A stretch of 35,655 bases of DNA, taken from assembly GCA_034440375.1 (NCBI GenBank), contig JAWXBZ010000137.1, positions 1-35,655 of the forward strand, read 5' to 3'. Positions 25,974 to 35,329 of this stretch are shown in pieces (the first letter of the stretch is position 1; each line of letters starts with the position of its first letter). Source of the stretch: Candidatus Eiseniibacteriota bacterium (lineage in GTDB: Bacteria; Eisenbacteria; RBG-16-71-46; JABDJR01; JAWXBZ01). Both the position numbers and the translations under genes were made by a program. The notes below the pieces were generated by a model that saw only the letters and a list, made by a program, of their open reading frames with translations, did not search any database and was not told the DNA's origin.

Positions 25974-26003
25974 ATTATAGGTGCCCCGTGGCGGGGTCGA
26001 CAA
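25974..26003 (-). promoter_or_regulatory. Sigma70-type promoter for the DUF4159 operon
   Basis: Minus strand TTGTCG-N18-TATAAT (perfect -10). Confidence 0.55.
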
Positions 26004-26082
26004 TATTTCCGGGAGGCAAAGGACCCTACCCCGAATCCAAGCCATTGACCGGCAACAGGTTGGCTGTGTGTGGCCACCCAGC

Positions 26083-26119
26083 GAAACGCCCGCCCCACCC
26101 TGGAGGGCGGTGCGGGCGT
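26083..26119 (-). terminator. Hairpin downstream of secF, probable intrinsic terminator
   Basis: Minus strand ACGCCCGC-ACCGCCC-TCCA-GGGTGGG-GCGGGCGT followed by TTC; long GC stem but short U tract. Confidence 0.5.
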
Positions 26120-26144
26120 AACCTTGCTCGTTGGTGAAGGTCTC

Positions 26145-27164
26145 TTAGCGGGCGCTGACGACCGGCGCCGGCTTGGCTGCCTTCCGGGCTCCCGTGGCTG
26201 TCTTGGCCTCGGCCACCTTACGCGCAGCCCCGGCAGCGGATCGCTTCTGCTGCCATGAATCGAGGTCAAGAGCGATGGTGCTGGCCACGAAGATCGAGGA
26301 GTAGGTGCCGAATGCCAGGCCGATCAAAATGGCCAGGGCGAAGTCATGAATGACCAGACCACCCAGGAAATAAAGCGAGGCGGTGGTAGCCGTCACCGTG
26401 AACACGGTCAACACGGTTCGTGACAGCGTCTGATTGATGGAAAGGTTCAGCAGGTCGAACAGCGACATCTTCCGGTACTTGGCCTGGTTCTCCCGGACCC
26501 GGTCGAACACGACGATCGTGTCATTGATCGACAGGCCGGCAATTGTCAGGAACGCCGCGAGCACGGTCAGGCCGATCTCGATGTCGAGGATCGAGAAGAC
26601 GCCCAACGTGGCGAAGATGTCATGCGCAAGGGCAAGAGCCGCCCCGACTCCGTACTCCCAGCGATGAAACCGGATCACGATGTAGATCATGATCGCGATG
26701 ACCGAAAAGAGGACCGCCATGAACGCCTTGCCGGAAAGCTCCCGTCCCACCTTCGGCCCGACGATTTCCTGCCGCAGCACTTCCGCGGTGATGCCGGGGT
26801 ATCGGGTTGACAGGGCCTGCCCGAGCCGGGCCGCGGGTCCGGTCGTGGCGTAATCGGAGGCGCCCGGCTTCTGGACCAGTGCTTCCTTGATGCGGAACAG
26901 CGCGTCGTTCGATCCCTCGTATGTCTGAATTTCCGCGTCGGGGAAACCGGCTGCCGCGGCGGCGGACCGCAGATCTTCGGCCGACACCTTCTGGCTGAAA
27001 TGCAGGTCGAGCAGCGTCCCGCCGGCGAAGTCGACCCCCTTGCGTGGCCCGCCTCTGATCACCAGGGAGGCCAATCCGGCCAGCAGGATGACGAGCGAAA
27101 GGGCGTAGGCCGCCTTGCGCATCCCCATGAAGTTGATATTGGTCTCGGGCAGAATTCGGAGCAT
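26145..27164 (-). CDS. secF: Protein translocase subunit SecF
   Basis: GVDFAGGT, VGPKVGREL, ALAHD, SINDTIVVFDRVRE, QTLSRT, GTYSSIFVAS. Confidence 0.97.
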   Translation of the reverse strand: MLRILPETNINFMGMRKAAYALSLVILLAGLASLVIRGGPRKGVDFAGGTLLDLHFSQKVSAEDLRSAAAAAGFPDAEIQTYEGSNDALFRIKEALVQKPGASDYATTGPAARLGQALSTRYPGITAEVLRQEIVGPKVGRELSGKAFMAVLFSVIAIMIYIVIRFHRWEYGVGAALALAHDIFATLGVFSILDIEIGLTVLAAFLTIAGLSINDTIVVFDRVRENQAKYRKMSLFDLLNLSINQTLSRTVLTVFTVTATTASLYFLGGLVIHDFALAILIGLAFGTYSSIFVASTIALDLDSWQQKRSAAGAARKVAEAKTATGARKAAKPAPVVSAR

Positions 27165-27174
27165 GACTCGACTC

Positions 27175-28743
27175 CTAAATGCTCAGGCGCTTGATGTTCG
27201 AGCGCTCGGTGACGGCGTCGAATACGACGCGCGATATGAAGACGGCGGTGAACAGGTTGATGATGATGCCGATCATGAGCGTCAGGCCGAAACCCTTCAC
27301 GGGACCGGTGGAAAAAATCAGCAGCGCGGCCGCGGTGATGACCACGGTGGCATTGGCGTCGAAGATGGTCAGGAAGGCCCGCCGGAAACCGGCGTCGATG
27401 GCGCCGCGCACGGATTTACCGACCTGCAGTTCCTCGCGTATCCGCTCGAAAATGAGGATATTGGCGTCCACGGCCATGCCGATCGTAAGGATGATGCCGG
27501 CGAGGCCGGGGAGAGTCAGCGTGGCCCCGATCAAGACCATTGCGGCGAACAGGAACAGAATGTTGAGCACCAGTGCCAGGATGGCAACGAGGCCGGATGC
27601 CCGATAGTAGATCACCATGAAGACCACGACGATCAGGGCTCCGACCCAGCCGGCCAGGATCCCCCGACGAATGGAGTCGGCACCGAGCGTGGGCCCGACG
27701 GTCCTCTCCTCGACAATCGACATGTCCGCCGGAAGGGCGCCGGCGCGGAGCACCACGGCCAGGTCCTTGGCCTCCTGATCGTCCTCGATACCGGTGATGA
27801 CCGCCTCGCCCCCCTTGATGGCATCATTGATGCGTGGGGCCGAGTAAACCGAATTGTCCATCACGATGGCCAGCTGGCGATTGACGTTGGCGCGCGTCAG
27901 GCGGTAGAAGATGGCGCCGCCCTCCTTGGTCATGAACAGCCGGACGCCGGAACCGCCTGGATTCTTGGGATCGACCCCGACGGCGTACTCGGCGTTTTGC
28001 AGCTTGTCGCCGGTCAGGTCGACCTTGTTCTCGAGTACGTACAGAAATCGCCCCGGCTTGCCTGACATGTCGTTCGTCTCGCGGCCCCAGGCCAGCGTGG
28101 TATTGCCGGGGATCACGCTGCGGGATTTCGCCAGCATCGCATCAATGTCCGGGATGGCATCCACTTCAAAGAGCAGCGCACCCGGCATGGAAGTCCGAAT
28201 CAAACTGGTGAACGGGCGGGAGGCGGCGGATGTATCAACAGCAGAGGTATCCATCGGCGCACGGGCGGCCAGAAACGTATCCAGCCGGAGGGCGATCGCT
28301 TCGATCTCGTTGTCATTCTTGACCAGCTTGAACTCGAGCCGGGCCGTCCGTCCGACGATGTCCTTGGCTCGTTCGGTGTCGAGGACACCCGGCAACTGAA
28401 CCAGCACGCGATCCGCGCCCTGCTTCTGGACGATGGGTTCCGCCACGCCGATCTGGTCGATTCGATTGCGGATGGTTTCGATGGCGCGATCGACGACGTC
28501 AACCTTCTGGTCGGCCGGCAGCCCCTCGGTCTTCACCTCATAAACGAGGTGGGCACCGCCCTGGAGATCGAGGCCGAGGTTGAGTGCCTGGCTCCTTAAT
28601 TTGTCGCGCTGAACCTTGGGCATGGCCGCCCTGGCTGCGGGCGACATGGAGTAGTACTGGAAGGTTGGGGTCAAAACGACCCCGAGCGCGATGGTCACGA
28701 GGGCAATAAAAAGCCCTCGCCAGGCTGTCTTGGACATGGACAA
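27175..28743 (-). CDS. secD: Protein translocase subunit SecD
   Basis: LGLDLQGG, IRNRIDQIGVAEP, RVLVQLPG, LRAGALPA, VGPTLG, GMAVDANILIFERIREE, GPVKGFG. Start GTG 28743 or ATG 28737. Confidence 0.97.
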   Translation of the reverse strand: MSMSKTAWRGLFIALVTIALGVVLTPTFQYYSMSPAARAAMPKVQRDKLRSQALNLGLDLQGGAHLVYEVKTEGLPADQKVDVVDRAIETIRNRIDQIGVAEPIVQKQGADRVLVQLPGVLDTERAKDIVGRTARLEFKLVKNDNEIEAIALRLDTFLAARAPMDTSAVDTSAASRPFTSLIRTSMPGALLFEVDAIPDIDAMLAKSRSVIPGNTTLAWGRETNDMSGKPGRFLYVLENKVDLTGDKLQNAEYAVGVDPKNPGGSGVRLFMTKEGGAIFYRLTRANVNRQLAIVMDNSVYSAPRINDAIKGGEAVITGIEDDQEAKDLAVVLRAGALPADMSIVEERTVGPTLGADSIRRGILAGWVGALIVVVFMVIYYRASGLVAILALVLNILFLFAAMVLIGATLTLPGLAGIILTIGMAVDANILIFERIREELQVGKSVRGAIDAGFRRAFLTIFDANATVVITAAALLIFSTGPVKGFGLTLMIGIIINLFTAVFISRVVFDAVTERSNIKRLSI

Positions 28744-28784
28744 CTCCCGGATGGATAATTCGGAAGGGAAAACGCGAAGCGGGC

Positions 28785-28813
28785 ATTGTAGGGAGTTGAG
28801 TCGCGTCTGTCAA
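28785..28813 (-). promoter_or_regulatory. Near-consensus sigma70 promoter of secDF
   Basis: Minus strand TTGACA-N17-TACAAT immediately after the upstream gene's stop codon. Confidence 0.8.
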
Positions 28814-30010
28814 TCAGCGGAGTGGGCCTGGCGCCACCTTCGGTACCGTCACAACCTCCGAAACCGGCACGACTTCCAGCCCTGAGGCCGCCCAGATGGG
28901 CAGCAGTTTCTTGAGCGCCGCCAGGGTACCCGGATAGGGGCGAACAACACCAACGGCGACACCACGCTCGCGAGCGCTGGCGGCCAGCTCCTCCAGTCGA
29001 ACTTCCATCTGGGCGCTGGTGGCTTTTGGCCAGTCAAGGCCGGGACGGACGCGGCGGGCCTGGAGGCCCATCTCTTCGGCAATCGCCTCGACAGCCGAAA
29101 ATGCCGTCTTCGTCGAATCGAGAAAATAGACCTTTCGCCGATGAACTTCAAAGAGGACTGTCCGCATGACCTTTCGATCCTCGATCGCCAGGTTGCCCTG
29201 GTAGGTATGGACGCCGTCCGCGCCTCCGAGCCGGTCGAACGCCTGCCCCAGCCGCTTGATGATTTCCCGCTCGGACAGATCGACCAGGATAGCGCCCGGG
29301 CCCGGGTCGTTCTTGGGATAGTCGAGACCCTCCATCGGAAGATCGATGACCACTTCCAACCCTTTTTGCCGGCAGCGATCCGCCAGATCCCGGGCGCCGG
29401 TGGCATGTGGCGGGATTGCCACCGTCACGCCGCGGGCAATCGACAGGAGTTCCTCCCACTCGGCCAGGTTGGGATAGCGGAACTCGGCGATCAGGATAGC
29501 CAGCCGGGGACGTCCGTCCAGTCGAGCATCCGCCGGAAGGAGCAGAACCTCGACGGCGATATCACCGCGCAGGAGCCCGGATACCAGGCCCGGCTGGGCG
29601 CCTTTGGTCCCGTTGCCAAACGACTCGCCGTCAAAACGGGCCAGCGCCGCCCGAAAGATGGTGCCCGCGGAATCGGCGGTCACGCCGCGCGGGAGCGGCA
29701 CTTCCCATCGATAGTGATGGCGGCCGGCAATTCGGTTGTCCCCCGGTGGCTCGCTGATTGATTCGGCCCGTAAAAGTGCCGTGTCGACCCCGGCCGGCGC
29801 CAGCCCCTGTTTTAGCGCCTGGCCGAACAATCCGGCCAGCACTGTGGGGGCCACGGCCGGATCGCCGGTCGCCTGCCGAACCCGGGCGCCGAATAGAAAC
29901 GCACGCCCCGCCGGCATCGCCAGGAAGGCAAGGCAACCGGCAAGCGCCACGAAAAGAACCACCCCGAGGGCGCGGGACAAACCGCGCGCCCGGGGTGGCC
30001 CGGAAGTCAT
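28814..30010 (-). CDS. Membrane-anchored divergent polysaccharide deacetylase family protein (YibQ-like), degenerate
   Basis: N-terminal TM; PRLAILI, VTVAIPPH, LPMEG..YP..DPGPGAI, YFLDS.T, A..RGVAVGV. Start re-called to ATG 30010. Confidence 0.8.
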   Translation of the reverse strand: MTSGPPRARGLSRALGVVLFVALAGCLAFLAMPAGRAFLFGARVRQATGDPAVAPTVLAGLFGQALKQGLAPAGVDTALLRAESISEPPGDNRIAGRHHYRWEVPLPRGVTADSAGTIFRAALARFDGESFGNGTKGAQPGLVSGLLRGDIAVEVLLLPADARLDGRPRLAILIAEFRYPNLAEWEELLSIARGVTVAIPPHATGARDLADRCRQKGLEVVIDLPMEGLDYPKNDPGPGAILVDLSEREIIKRLGQAFDRLGGADGVHTYQGNLAIEDRKVMRTVLFEVHRRKVYFLDSTKTAFSAVEAIAEEMGLQARRVRPGLDWPKATSAQMEVRLEELAASARERGVAVGVVRPYPGTLAALKKLLPIWAASGLEVVPVSEVVTVPKVAPGPLR

Positions 30011-30036
30011 TCGTCTGGAAAGTGAACGCGGGCGTA

Positions 30037-30648
30037 TCAGCGGCTCTTGAGCTCGCTGATCGAATTGGTAACGCCCTGATCTCGCCACTCCACGATATAC
30101 ATGAGCGTATCGGACGGGCCCGAAGGGGGGTTCGTCCGGCCACGACGGAAAAAGAAGCGCTGCTGCTGCTGCTCGACGCGAAACGTGGTCACCTCCTGGC
30201 CGATCGGGGCGAAATCCACGTCAAGATAAACGTCCGTCAGGAAGAGCTTGGTCCAGCGTTCCCGGGGCGCCAGAAACCCGGCGCCGGTCGCCGACCGAGC
30301 GGGCCAATCCAGTTCGATGACGATCTTGGTCACCTCGGGCGAGGTGAAGAGCTGCTCCGTCCGCAGGCTATCCTCGGTCCGCGTCCAGAATTCGATGCCG
30401 AGCTGACCGCGGGTAACCGGGTCGAAGTAGAACTGGAAATCGTTGGCGAGAAGCTTGGCGTACTCATCGATCCGCTTCTGCCGATAGGCCACTTGGAAGT
30501 TGCTGAGAACGTTGTCCTCGGACGTCTGCGGCAGTATCGGGGTGTCAATCCGGCCCGGCATTTCCGCGCAGCCGTTCACGAGAACTAGCGGTGACAGGCC
30601 CAAGATCAGTGTAATCGGAGCCAGAATCAGTCTATTGAGTCGTTGCAT
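30037..30648 (-). CDS. Hypothetical lipoprotein (NTF2-like pattern), paralog B
   Basis: GGAGG RBS before ATG 30648; lipobox VNG-C; EDNVLSNFQVAY...YAKLLANDFQF...IVEWRD. Confidence 0.7.
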   Translation of the reverse strand: MQRLNRLILAPITLILGLSPLVLVNGCAEMPGRIDTPILPQTSEDNVLSNFQVAYRQKRIDEYAKLLANDFQFYFDPVTRGQLGIEFWTRTEDSLRTEQLFTSPEVTKIVIELDWPARSATGAGFLAPRERWTKLFLTDVYLDVDFAPIGQEVTTFRVEQQQQRFFFRRGRTNPPSGPSDTLMYIVEWRDQGVTNSISELKSR

Positions 30649-30773
30649 TGCGGTATGACCTCCAGTTGGATTGGCAGATTGTATCAGTCTTTCGACCATC
30701 GAAGCACCTGGAATCTGGGGCTATCAAGTCTCGATCGCGTGGTCTCCGATAGCTACAAACGATTGCATCATAG

Positions 30774-31403
30774 TCACTTAGAAATTGTTCTCGGGGCCGA
30801 CAGGCCGGAATAGAATCCCATGTAGTAACCGTACGTTTCCGTGGCGCCGTCCTGATCGGCGATATCGATCCACTGAAGCATGGCCCAATTCGTCTGACGC
30901 TGCATGGTCAAATCGGTGAGCCCGGCAATCCGCTCGACGATAACCTCGGTGGTTCCAACGAAATTGAACAGTACAAATTCGTATGGAAGATTGTCGTAGA
31001 ACGCCCGATCCCCGGTGATCAGGGGGCGAACGATGTCGGGCAGGTAGTTGAAATTCATCCGAATCCGGTTCGAGCCGACCCGGAGGGTCTGAAAGTCCCG
31101 GTTGGCCCGCTCGAAATCAATTCTTGGCACAAACTCGATGCCCAGTCGGTTGGCGTCGGGATCGTCGAGCACCATGAGGAAGCTGTCGACCAGCGTTTCG
31201 GAAAGCTGCGAGGCGCCCGAGGCCCGGTACTCCACGCCAATTTCGAAATTGAACAGCACGCTGTCCGGATCGCTCGGGACGTGACGCGGCGGCGGTTCGC
31301 TCGGATCATCCGGAATTCGGGTATCAAACAGACCGCACCCGGCGGCGGCCAGGCCGAGAAACAGGACGGTCGAGCGCGTCAGGAACGCGGCGCGGCTGGT
31401 CAT
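30774..31403 (-). CDS. Hypothetical lipoprotein (NTF2-like pattern), paralog A
   Basis: Lipobox AAG-C; PDSVLFNFEIGV...LVDSF...WAMLQWID; starts 1 nt after the barrel gene's stop. Confidence 0.7.
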   Translation of the reverse strand: MTSRAAFLTRSTVLFLGLAAAGCGLFDTRIPDDPSEPPPRHVPSDPDSVLFNFEIGVEYRASGASQLSETLVDSFLMVLDDPDANRLGIEFVPRIDFERANRDFQTLRVGSNRIRMNFNYLPDIVRPLITGDRAFYDNLPYEFVLFNFVGTTEVIVERIAGLTDLTMQRQTNWAMLQWIDIADQDGATETYGYYMGFYSGLSAPRTISK

Positions 31404-31404
31404 C

Positions 31405-33417
31405 TCAGAATGGTTTCGTCAGAGACAGGTTCACGTTCAGAAACTCCTCGCGCGGTTGCGCCAGGGGCCGCGCCGGCTCACCGGTCGCTGTCGAGGCCTG
31501 GCGGGTCCGAAATGTGATGGTGCAGTCGAACGTGCCCTTGCCGGGCAGGGGCCGGTTGATCTTGACCGACTGATTGAGCTCGATCCGGCGGTTGGTTCGC
31601 CGATCGCCCGACGCCAGAGTGATGCTGTCATCGCGGTGAAACACCTCATCGGTCCGGAGCGTGAGCCAGGTAGCTGCCGTCCAGCTCAGCCCAAGTCGCA
31701 AGTCCTGATCATACCGATCGTCCGACCGAAGGAAGATCCGTGCTCTCGTCGCCAGTCGACCGTAACGGCCGGTCTGCGAGTACCGATAGGCATGGCTGAC
31801 ATCCAGCATCACTCCCTTGCGGACCTGGTGAAACAGCGTCGTTCGAACATCCCGTGTCCGCTGGAGATTATCGTTGGGGGCGTTGAAGCGGAAAGTCGTG
31901 AGGAGGATCCGAAAGTCGTAGAGCTGGGTGAGTCGTGTGCGGGGGCTGATCTGCCACTTGAAATCGACGGTGCCGCCGTAATTTTCCTCGTTGCGGGAGC
32001 TGCCGGACTGGGTACTGTCGATGTTGACGACGCTGGTCCGGTTGGCACGGGTGCCGATGACGGTCCCGAATTTCTTGCTTCTGGACTCCCAGGTGAAGGT
32101 TCCCTCGGCGCGGAGTTTCTGGATGTCCTGATCGTTGGTGCGGTCCTCGGGGAAGTACTGGGAGCGAATCGACACCTCGCCGAGCAGCCGCGAGGTAATC
32201 GTCGAGCTCAACGGCCGACTGAGCGTACCGTCCAGCGTCCGGTTGATGGTTTCGCCGGTGGCCCGGATGGGCGATTTGTCGATATCGCGCTGGAGCCGGA
32301 AATTCGTCACGATCTGATTGCCCTTGAACAGGGCGCCAGCCTTCAACGCCCCGGTCTGGCTGAAGCGGTCGTTCGAACGCTCCCGCTCCACGGCCCGTTC
32401 CACGGTATTGTCGCTGGTACTCAGATCGAGGCTCAACTCGTTGGTCTGGTGTTTTGGATCCTTGAGCTTGGCCGTGAAGCCGATCGTCTGCTGGAAATTG
32501 GATTGCTCCTCCTGGAGGCCGTTCAGGGTGGTATCGCGGCTGACCAGGATGTAATTGTCGTACAGCGACTTGCGATCAAAACGGGCGGATGACTCGAAGG
32601 CGTCGGTCGGTGCCCAATTCCAGGTTCCGGTGAGGGAGGAGCGGGTGTTCCTCTTGGCGTCTTCGGGCGGGGCCTCGGGATCCACCGGCAGAGTCTTGGA
32701 TCGGGTTTTCGACACGTTGCGGGTGACATCGATGTGGGCGGTCATGCCGGGCGTGATGTCATTCCAGTTGAAGCCGGCACCCGTAGTAAAGTCGACCCCC
32801 TTCTCCCGGACGCCTGTTTCCTCCCCCTGATAAATGGCCTGGTCCTTCCTTGAGTTCAGACCAAGACCCCCTTGCACATTCAGGTCCACGCCCCGGCGAA
32901 TTTTCCACTTGTAGGAACTGTCAAAGCCGCTGTTGGCAGTGCTCCGGCGGGTAAAGTCGTTGGTATCGTCGGTGCCGTCGCGGCTGTACACCAGGCTGGC
33001 GCTGATCGGTATGCGGTCAAGGATGTTGTATCGAAGGAAGTTGGAGGTGGTGCCGGTGGTGGCCCGGAAGTTCGTGCGGTTGGGATCCGTCTTCACCAAA
33101 AAGCCGGTATCGCTGTTCAGGTTGAACGGGCCGAAGTTGTTCTCGAATTTGAAGTTCTGATCCCAGGCCGACTGCTGATCGGTAATGGAATAGGTCGTGC
33201 TGTAGATCGGGCGCAGGAAGCCGAAGATGGGGCGCCCAAGCGTATCGGCCGGGGCGGCTGGTACGCCTCCCCGTTGGGCCCCGGCCGTCGGGGTCAGGAG
33301 CAGTAGAAGAGTCACGATCGCCAGCACCACCAGCAACCAGGCCGGCGCCTGACCCCGGAAGAGCGGGTCGGGACGTGCCATGGCGTAGTAATGGTGAGGT
33401 GTGCGGGACGCTCTCAT
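31405..33417 (-). CDS. Uncharacterised large outer-membrane beta-barrel protein
   Basis: AAGGA RBS; signal peptide; about 600 aa of alternating amphipathic S/T/N/R-rich strands; C-terminal LNVNLSLTKPF (BAM-signal-like). Confidence 0.7.
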   Translation of the reverse strand: MRASRTPHHYYAMARPDPLFRGQAPAWLLVVLAIVTLLLLLTPTAGAQRGGVPAAPADTLGRPIFGFLRPIYSTTYSITDQQSAWDQNFKFENNFGPFNLNSDTGFLVKTDPNRTNFRATTGTTSNFLRYNILDRIPISASLVYSRDGTDDTNDFTRRSTANSGFDSSYKWKIRRGVDLNVQGGLGLNSRKDQAIYQGEETGVREKGVDFTTGAGFNWNDITPGMTAHIDVTRNVSKTRSKTLPVDPEAPPEDAKRNTRSSLTGTWNWAPTDAFESSARFDRKSLYDNYILVSRDTTLNGLQEEQSNFQQTIGFTAKLKDPKHQTNELSLDLSTSDNTVERAVERERSNDRFSQTGALKAGALFKGNQIVTNFRLQRDIDKSPIRATGETINRTLDGTLSRPLSSTITSRLLGEVSIRSQYFPEDRTNDQDIQKLRAEGTFTWESRSKKFGTVIGTRANRTSVVNIDSTQSGSSRNEENYGGTVDFKWQISPRTRLTQLYDFRILLTTFRFNAPNDNLQRTRDVRTTLFHQVRKGVMLDVSHAYRYSQTGRYGRLATRARIFLRSDDRYDQDLRLGLSWTAATWLTLRTDEVFHRDDSITLASGDRRTNRRIELNQSVKINRPLPGKGTFDCTITFRTRQASTATGEPARPLAQPREEFLNVNLSLTKPF

Positions 33418-33546
33418 CGGTTCCTTCGTCTCACGATGAACGGAGTCGGGGATGGCCCGGCAGACGGGCCTTCCAGGTCTTAACCAGATGAGATGGAGCG
33501 TCCTCCAAGTATTTGGGCGGGCAATGGACAGGCACTGAGCATAGCA

Positions 33547-33578
33547 GCCGGCTGACCCACGGAAAGGGTCGAGCCGGC
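33547..33578 (-). terminator. Stem-loop just downstream of rsmA
   Basis: GCCGGCT-GACCC-acggaaa-GGGTC-G-AGCCGGC inverted repeat 6 nt after the stop; no clear U tract. Confidence 0.35.
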
Positions 33579-33584
33579 CAGGGA

Positions 33585-34532
33585 TCAGCCCAGTTTGCCC
33601 GGTGCGCGAATCACCACGCCCGCGTCGTGAAAGGCGCCGGTCACTCGTGCAAACTCTTCCACTGAAAGCGTTTCGCCTCGCCGACCGGGGTCGATTCCGG
33701 CCGACTCGATCAGGTCGCTTACGACAGACTTCGGCCGTCGTGACTTTTCCATGAGGGCATTGAGCAATGTCTTTCGCCGGGTGCCGAACGAGGCCCGGAC
33801 GATTCCGGAAAAGAGCGCCTCGTCGGCCACAGCCGTTGTCGCGACACGGCGGGGCTTGAGGCTGATCAGCGTGGAACTCACCTGCGGGGCCGGATAGAAA
33901 ACCCCGGGCTCCAGGTGGTAGAGCGACTCGATTTCGGCCCGGTAACGAGCCGCCACGGTCAGGGCCCCATAGTTCTTGGTGCCGGGCTCGGCCAGCAGGC
34001 GATCGGCATATTCCTTTTGCACCATCAGGGTGGCCCGGGAGATGTAGCGCCCGAACTTGAGGATGGTGAAGAGGATGTCGGTCGTCAGATAGTAGGGCAG
34101 GTTGCCGACAACCATGAGCGGCTGACCGGCAATCTCGGCAAGGCGATCGAATTCAAACTTGCGAATGTCCGTCATGTGAACAATGACGTTGCGGCCCGAG
34201 AATTCCTGCTTGAGGATCGGGGCCAGCGTCGTGTCGATTTCCACCGCGTGAACGGCCGCGGCCAGATCGGCCATGCGACCGGTCAGGGCGCCCGCGCCGG
34301 ATCCGATCTCCACCACCGTGTCGGTGCTGTCGATCGCGGCCAGATTAATGACCTTGTGGATGGCCTGAGGGTCGATCAGAAAATTCTGACCGAATCGTCT
34401 TTTCGGCTTCACCCCGTGACGGCGCAGCATTTCCCGCTGCGTTTCCTTTGACAGCTCGCGATGGAGGGGTTCGTTGCCCCCCTCTTCCTCGCGCAGTCGC
34501 ATCAATTCCAGATTTGCTTCGGTGACTCTCAA
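33585..34532 (-). CDS. rsmA: 16S rRNA adenine dimethyltransferase
   Basis: KRRFGQNFL, VVEIGSGAGALT, VVGNLPYYLTT, LMVQKEYADRL, FYPAPQVSS, RRKTLLN, RGETLS. Start uncertain (TTG overlapping the tatD stop, or a downstream ATG). Confidence 0.97.
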   Translation of the reverse strand: MRVTEANLELMRLREEEGGNEPLHRELSKETQREMLRRHGVKPKRRFGQNFLIDPQAIHKVINLAAIDSTDTVVEIGSGAGALTGRMADLAAAVHAVEIDTTLAPILKQEFSGRNVIVHMTDIRKFEFDRLAEIAGQPLMVVGNLPYYLTTDILFTILKFGRYISRATLMVQKEYADRLLAEPGTKNYGALTVAARYRAEIESLYHLEPGVFYPAPQVSSTLISLKPRRVATTAVADEALFSGIVRASFGTRRKTLLNALMEKSRRPKSVVSDLIESAGIDPGRRGETLSVEEFARVTGAFHDAGVVIRAPGKLG

Positions 34533-35329
34533 GCTCTTCCTCCCGATTCCGCTCCGGCGGCTCCCATCCCCAACCCCGGAAAAGTCCCCCGGGCGTTGGC
34601 CGTCGTCACGTCGACGATCGTTCGATCGTCAAGACCAGTGACGGCCGCAATAACCTCAACTACTTGAACGAGGTAACGCGAGTCGTTGCGCTGCCCGCGC
34701 CAAGGCGCGGGACAGAGCCAGGGGGCGTCTGTTTCAAGAAGCATGGCTTCGATCGGAATGTCGTGGATGACTTTCCGGCGCGAAGCACTCCAGTAGGTGA
34801 TTGTTCCCCCCAGACCGAGCATGAAGCCCAGCTCCCTTGCCCGGCGGGCCGTCGCCGCATCGCCCTGAAAACAGTGAAAAACCCCACCGAATTCGCCGCC
34901 GCCTTCCTCCTCAAGTATTCGGATGGCCTCGGAGTAAGCATCTCGAATGTGGAGGACCAGCGGCTTCCTGAGCTTCCGCGACAGACGAATCATCTGTCGA
35001 AACACCTCTTCCTGACGGTCGCGAGGCGCCCGGTCCCTGTAAAAATCGAGACCAGTTTCACCCACGGCCAGCACGTCGGGGTCTTCCGCCAGACAAGCAA
35101 TGACATCCAAGTCTTCCGCAGTACACCGGCCCGTTTCGTGAGGATGAATACCGGCAACCACTTTCACACGGGTGTCACGACGGGCCCATAATAGCGCATC
35201 ATGTGCCAGTTTGGGCGTGTAACCCACTTCCAAAAGAGCCGTAACACCATGACCCCAAACAGCTTGTAATATTTCTTCGCGGTCAGAATCAAAATCCGGG
35301 TGCAAGTAATGGCAGTGGGTGTCAATCAC
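34529..35329 (-). CDS. tatD: TatD-family hydrolase (DNase)
   Basis: IDTHCH, GIHPH, VGETGLDFY, VLHIRDA, GVFHCF, LLETDAPWL.P.P.RG.RN. Start GTG 35329 (or TTG 35356). Confidence 0.95.
   Translation of the reverse strand: MIDTHCHYLHPDFDSDREEILQAVWGHGVTALLEVGYTPKLAHDALLWARRDTRVKVVAGIHPHETGRCTAEDLDVIACLAEDPDVLAVGETGLDFYRDRAPRDRQEEVFRQMIRLSRKLRKPLVLHIRDAYSEAIRILEEEGGGEFGGVFHCFQGDAATARRARELGFMLGLGGTITYWSASRRKVIHDIPIEAMLLETDAPWLCPAPWRGQRNDSRYLVQVVEVIAAVTGLDDRTIVDVTTANARGTFPGLGMGAAGAESGGRA

Noticed and set aside
30724-30752. TCAAG...TCCGATAG sigma28-like element
   Set aside because: Spacer is 16 rather than 14 nt, and it points antisense to the flanking genes.
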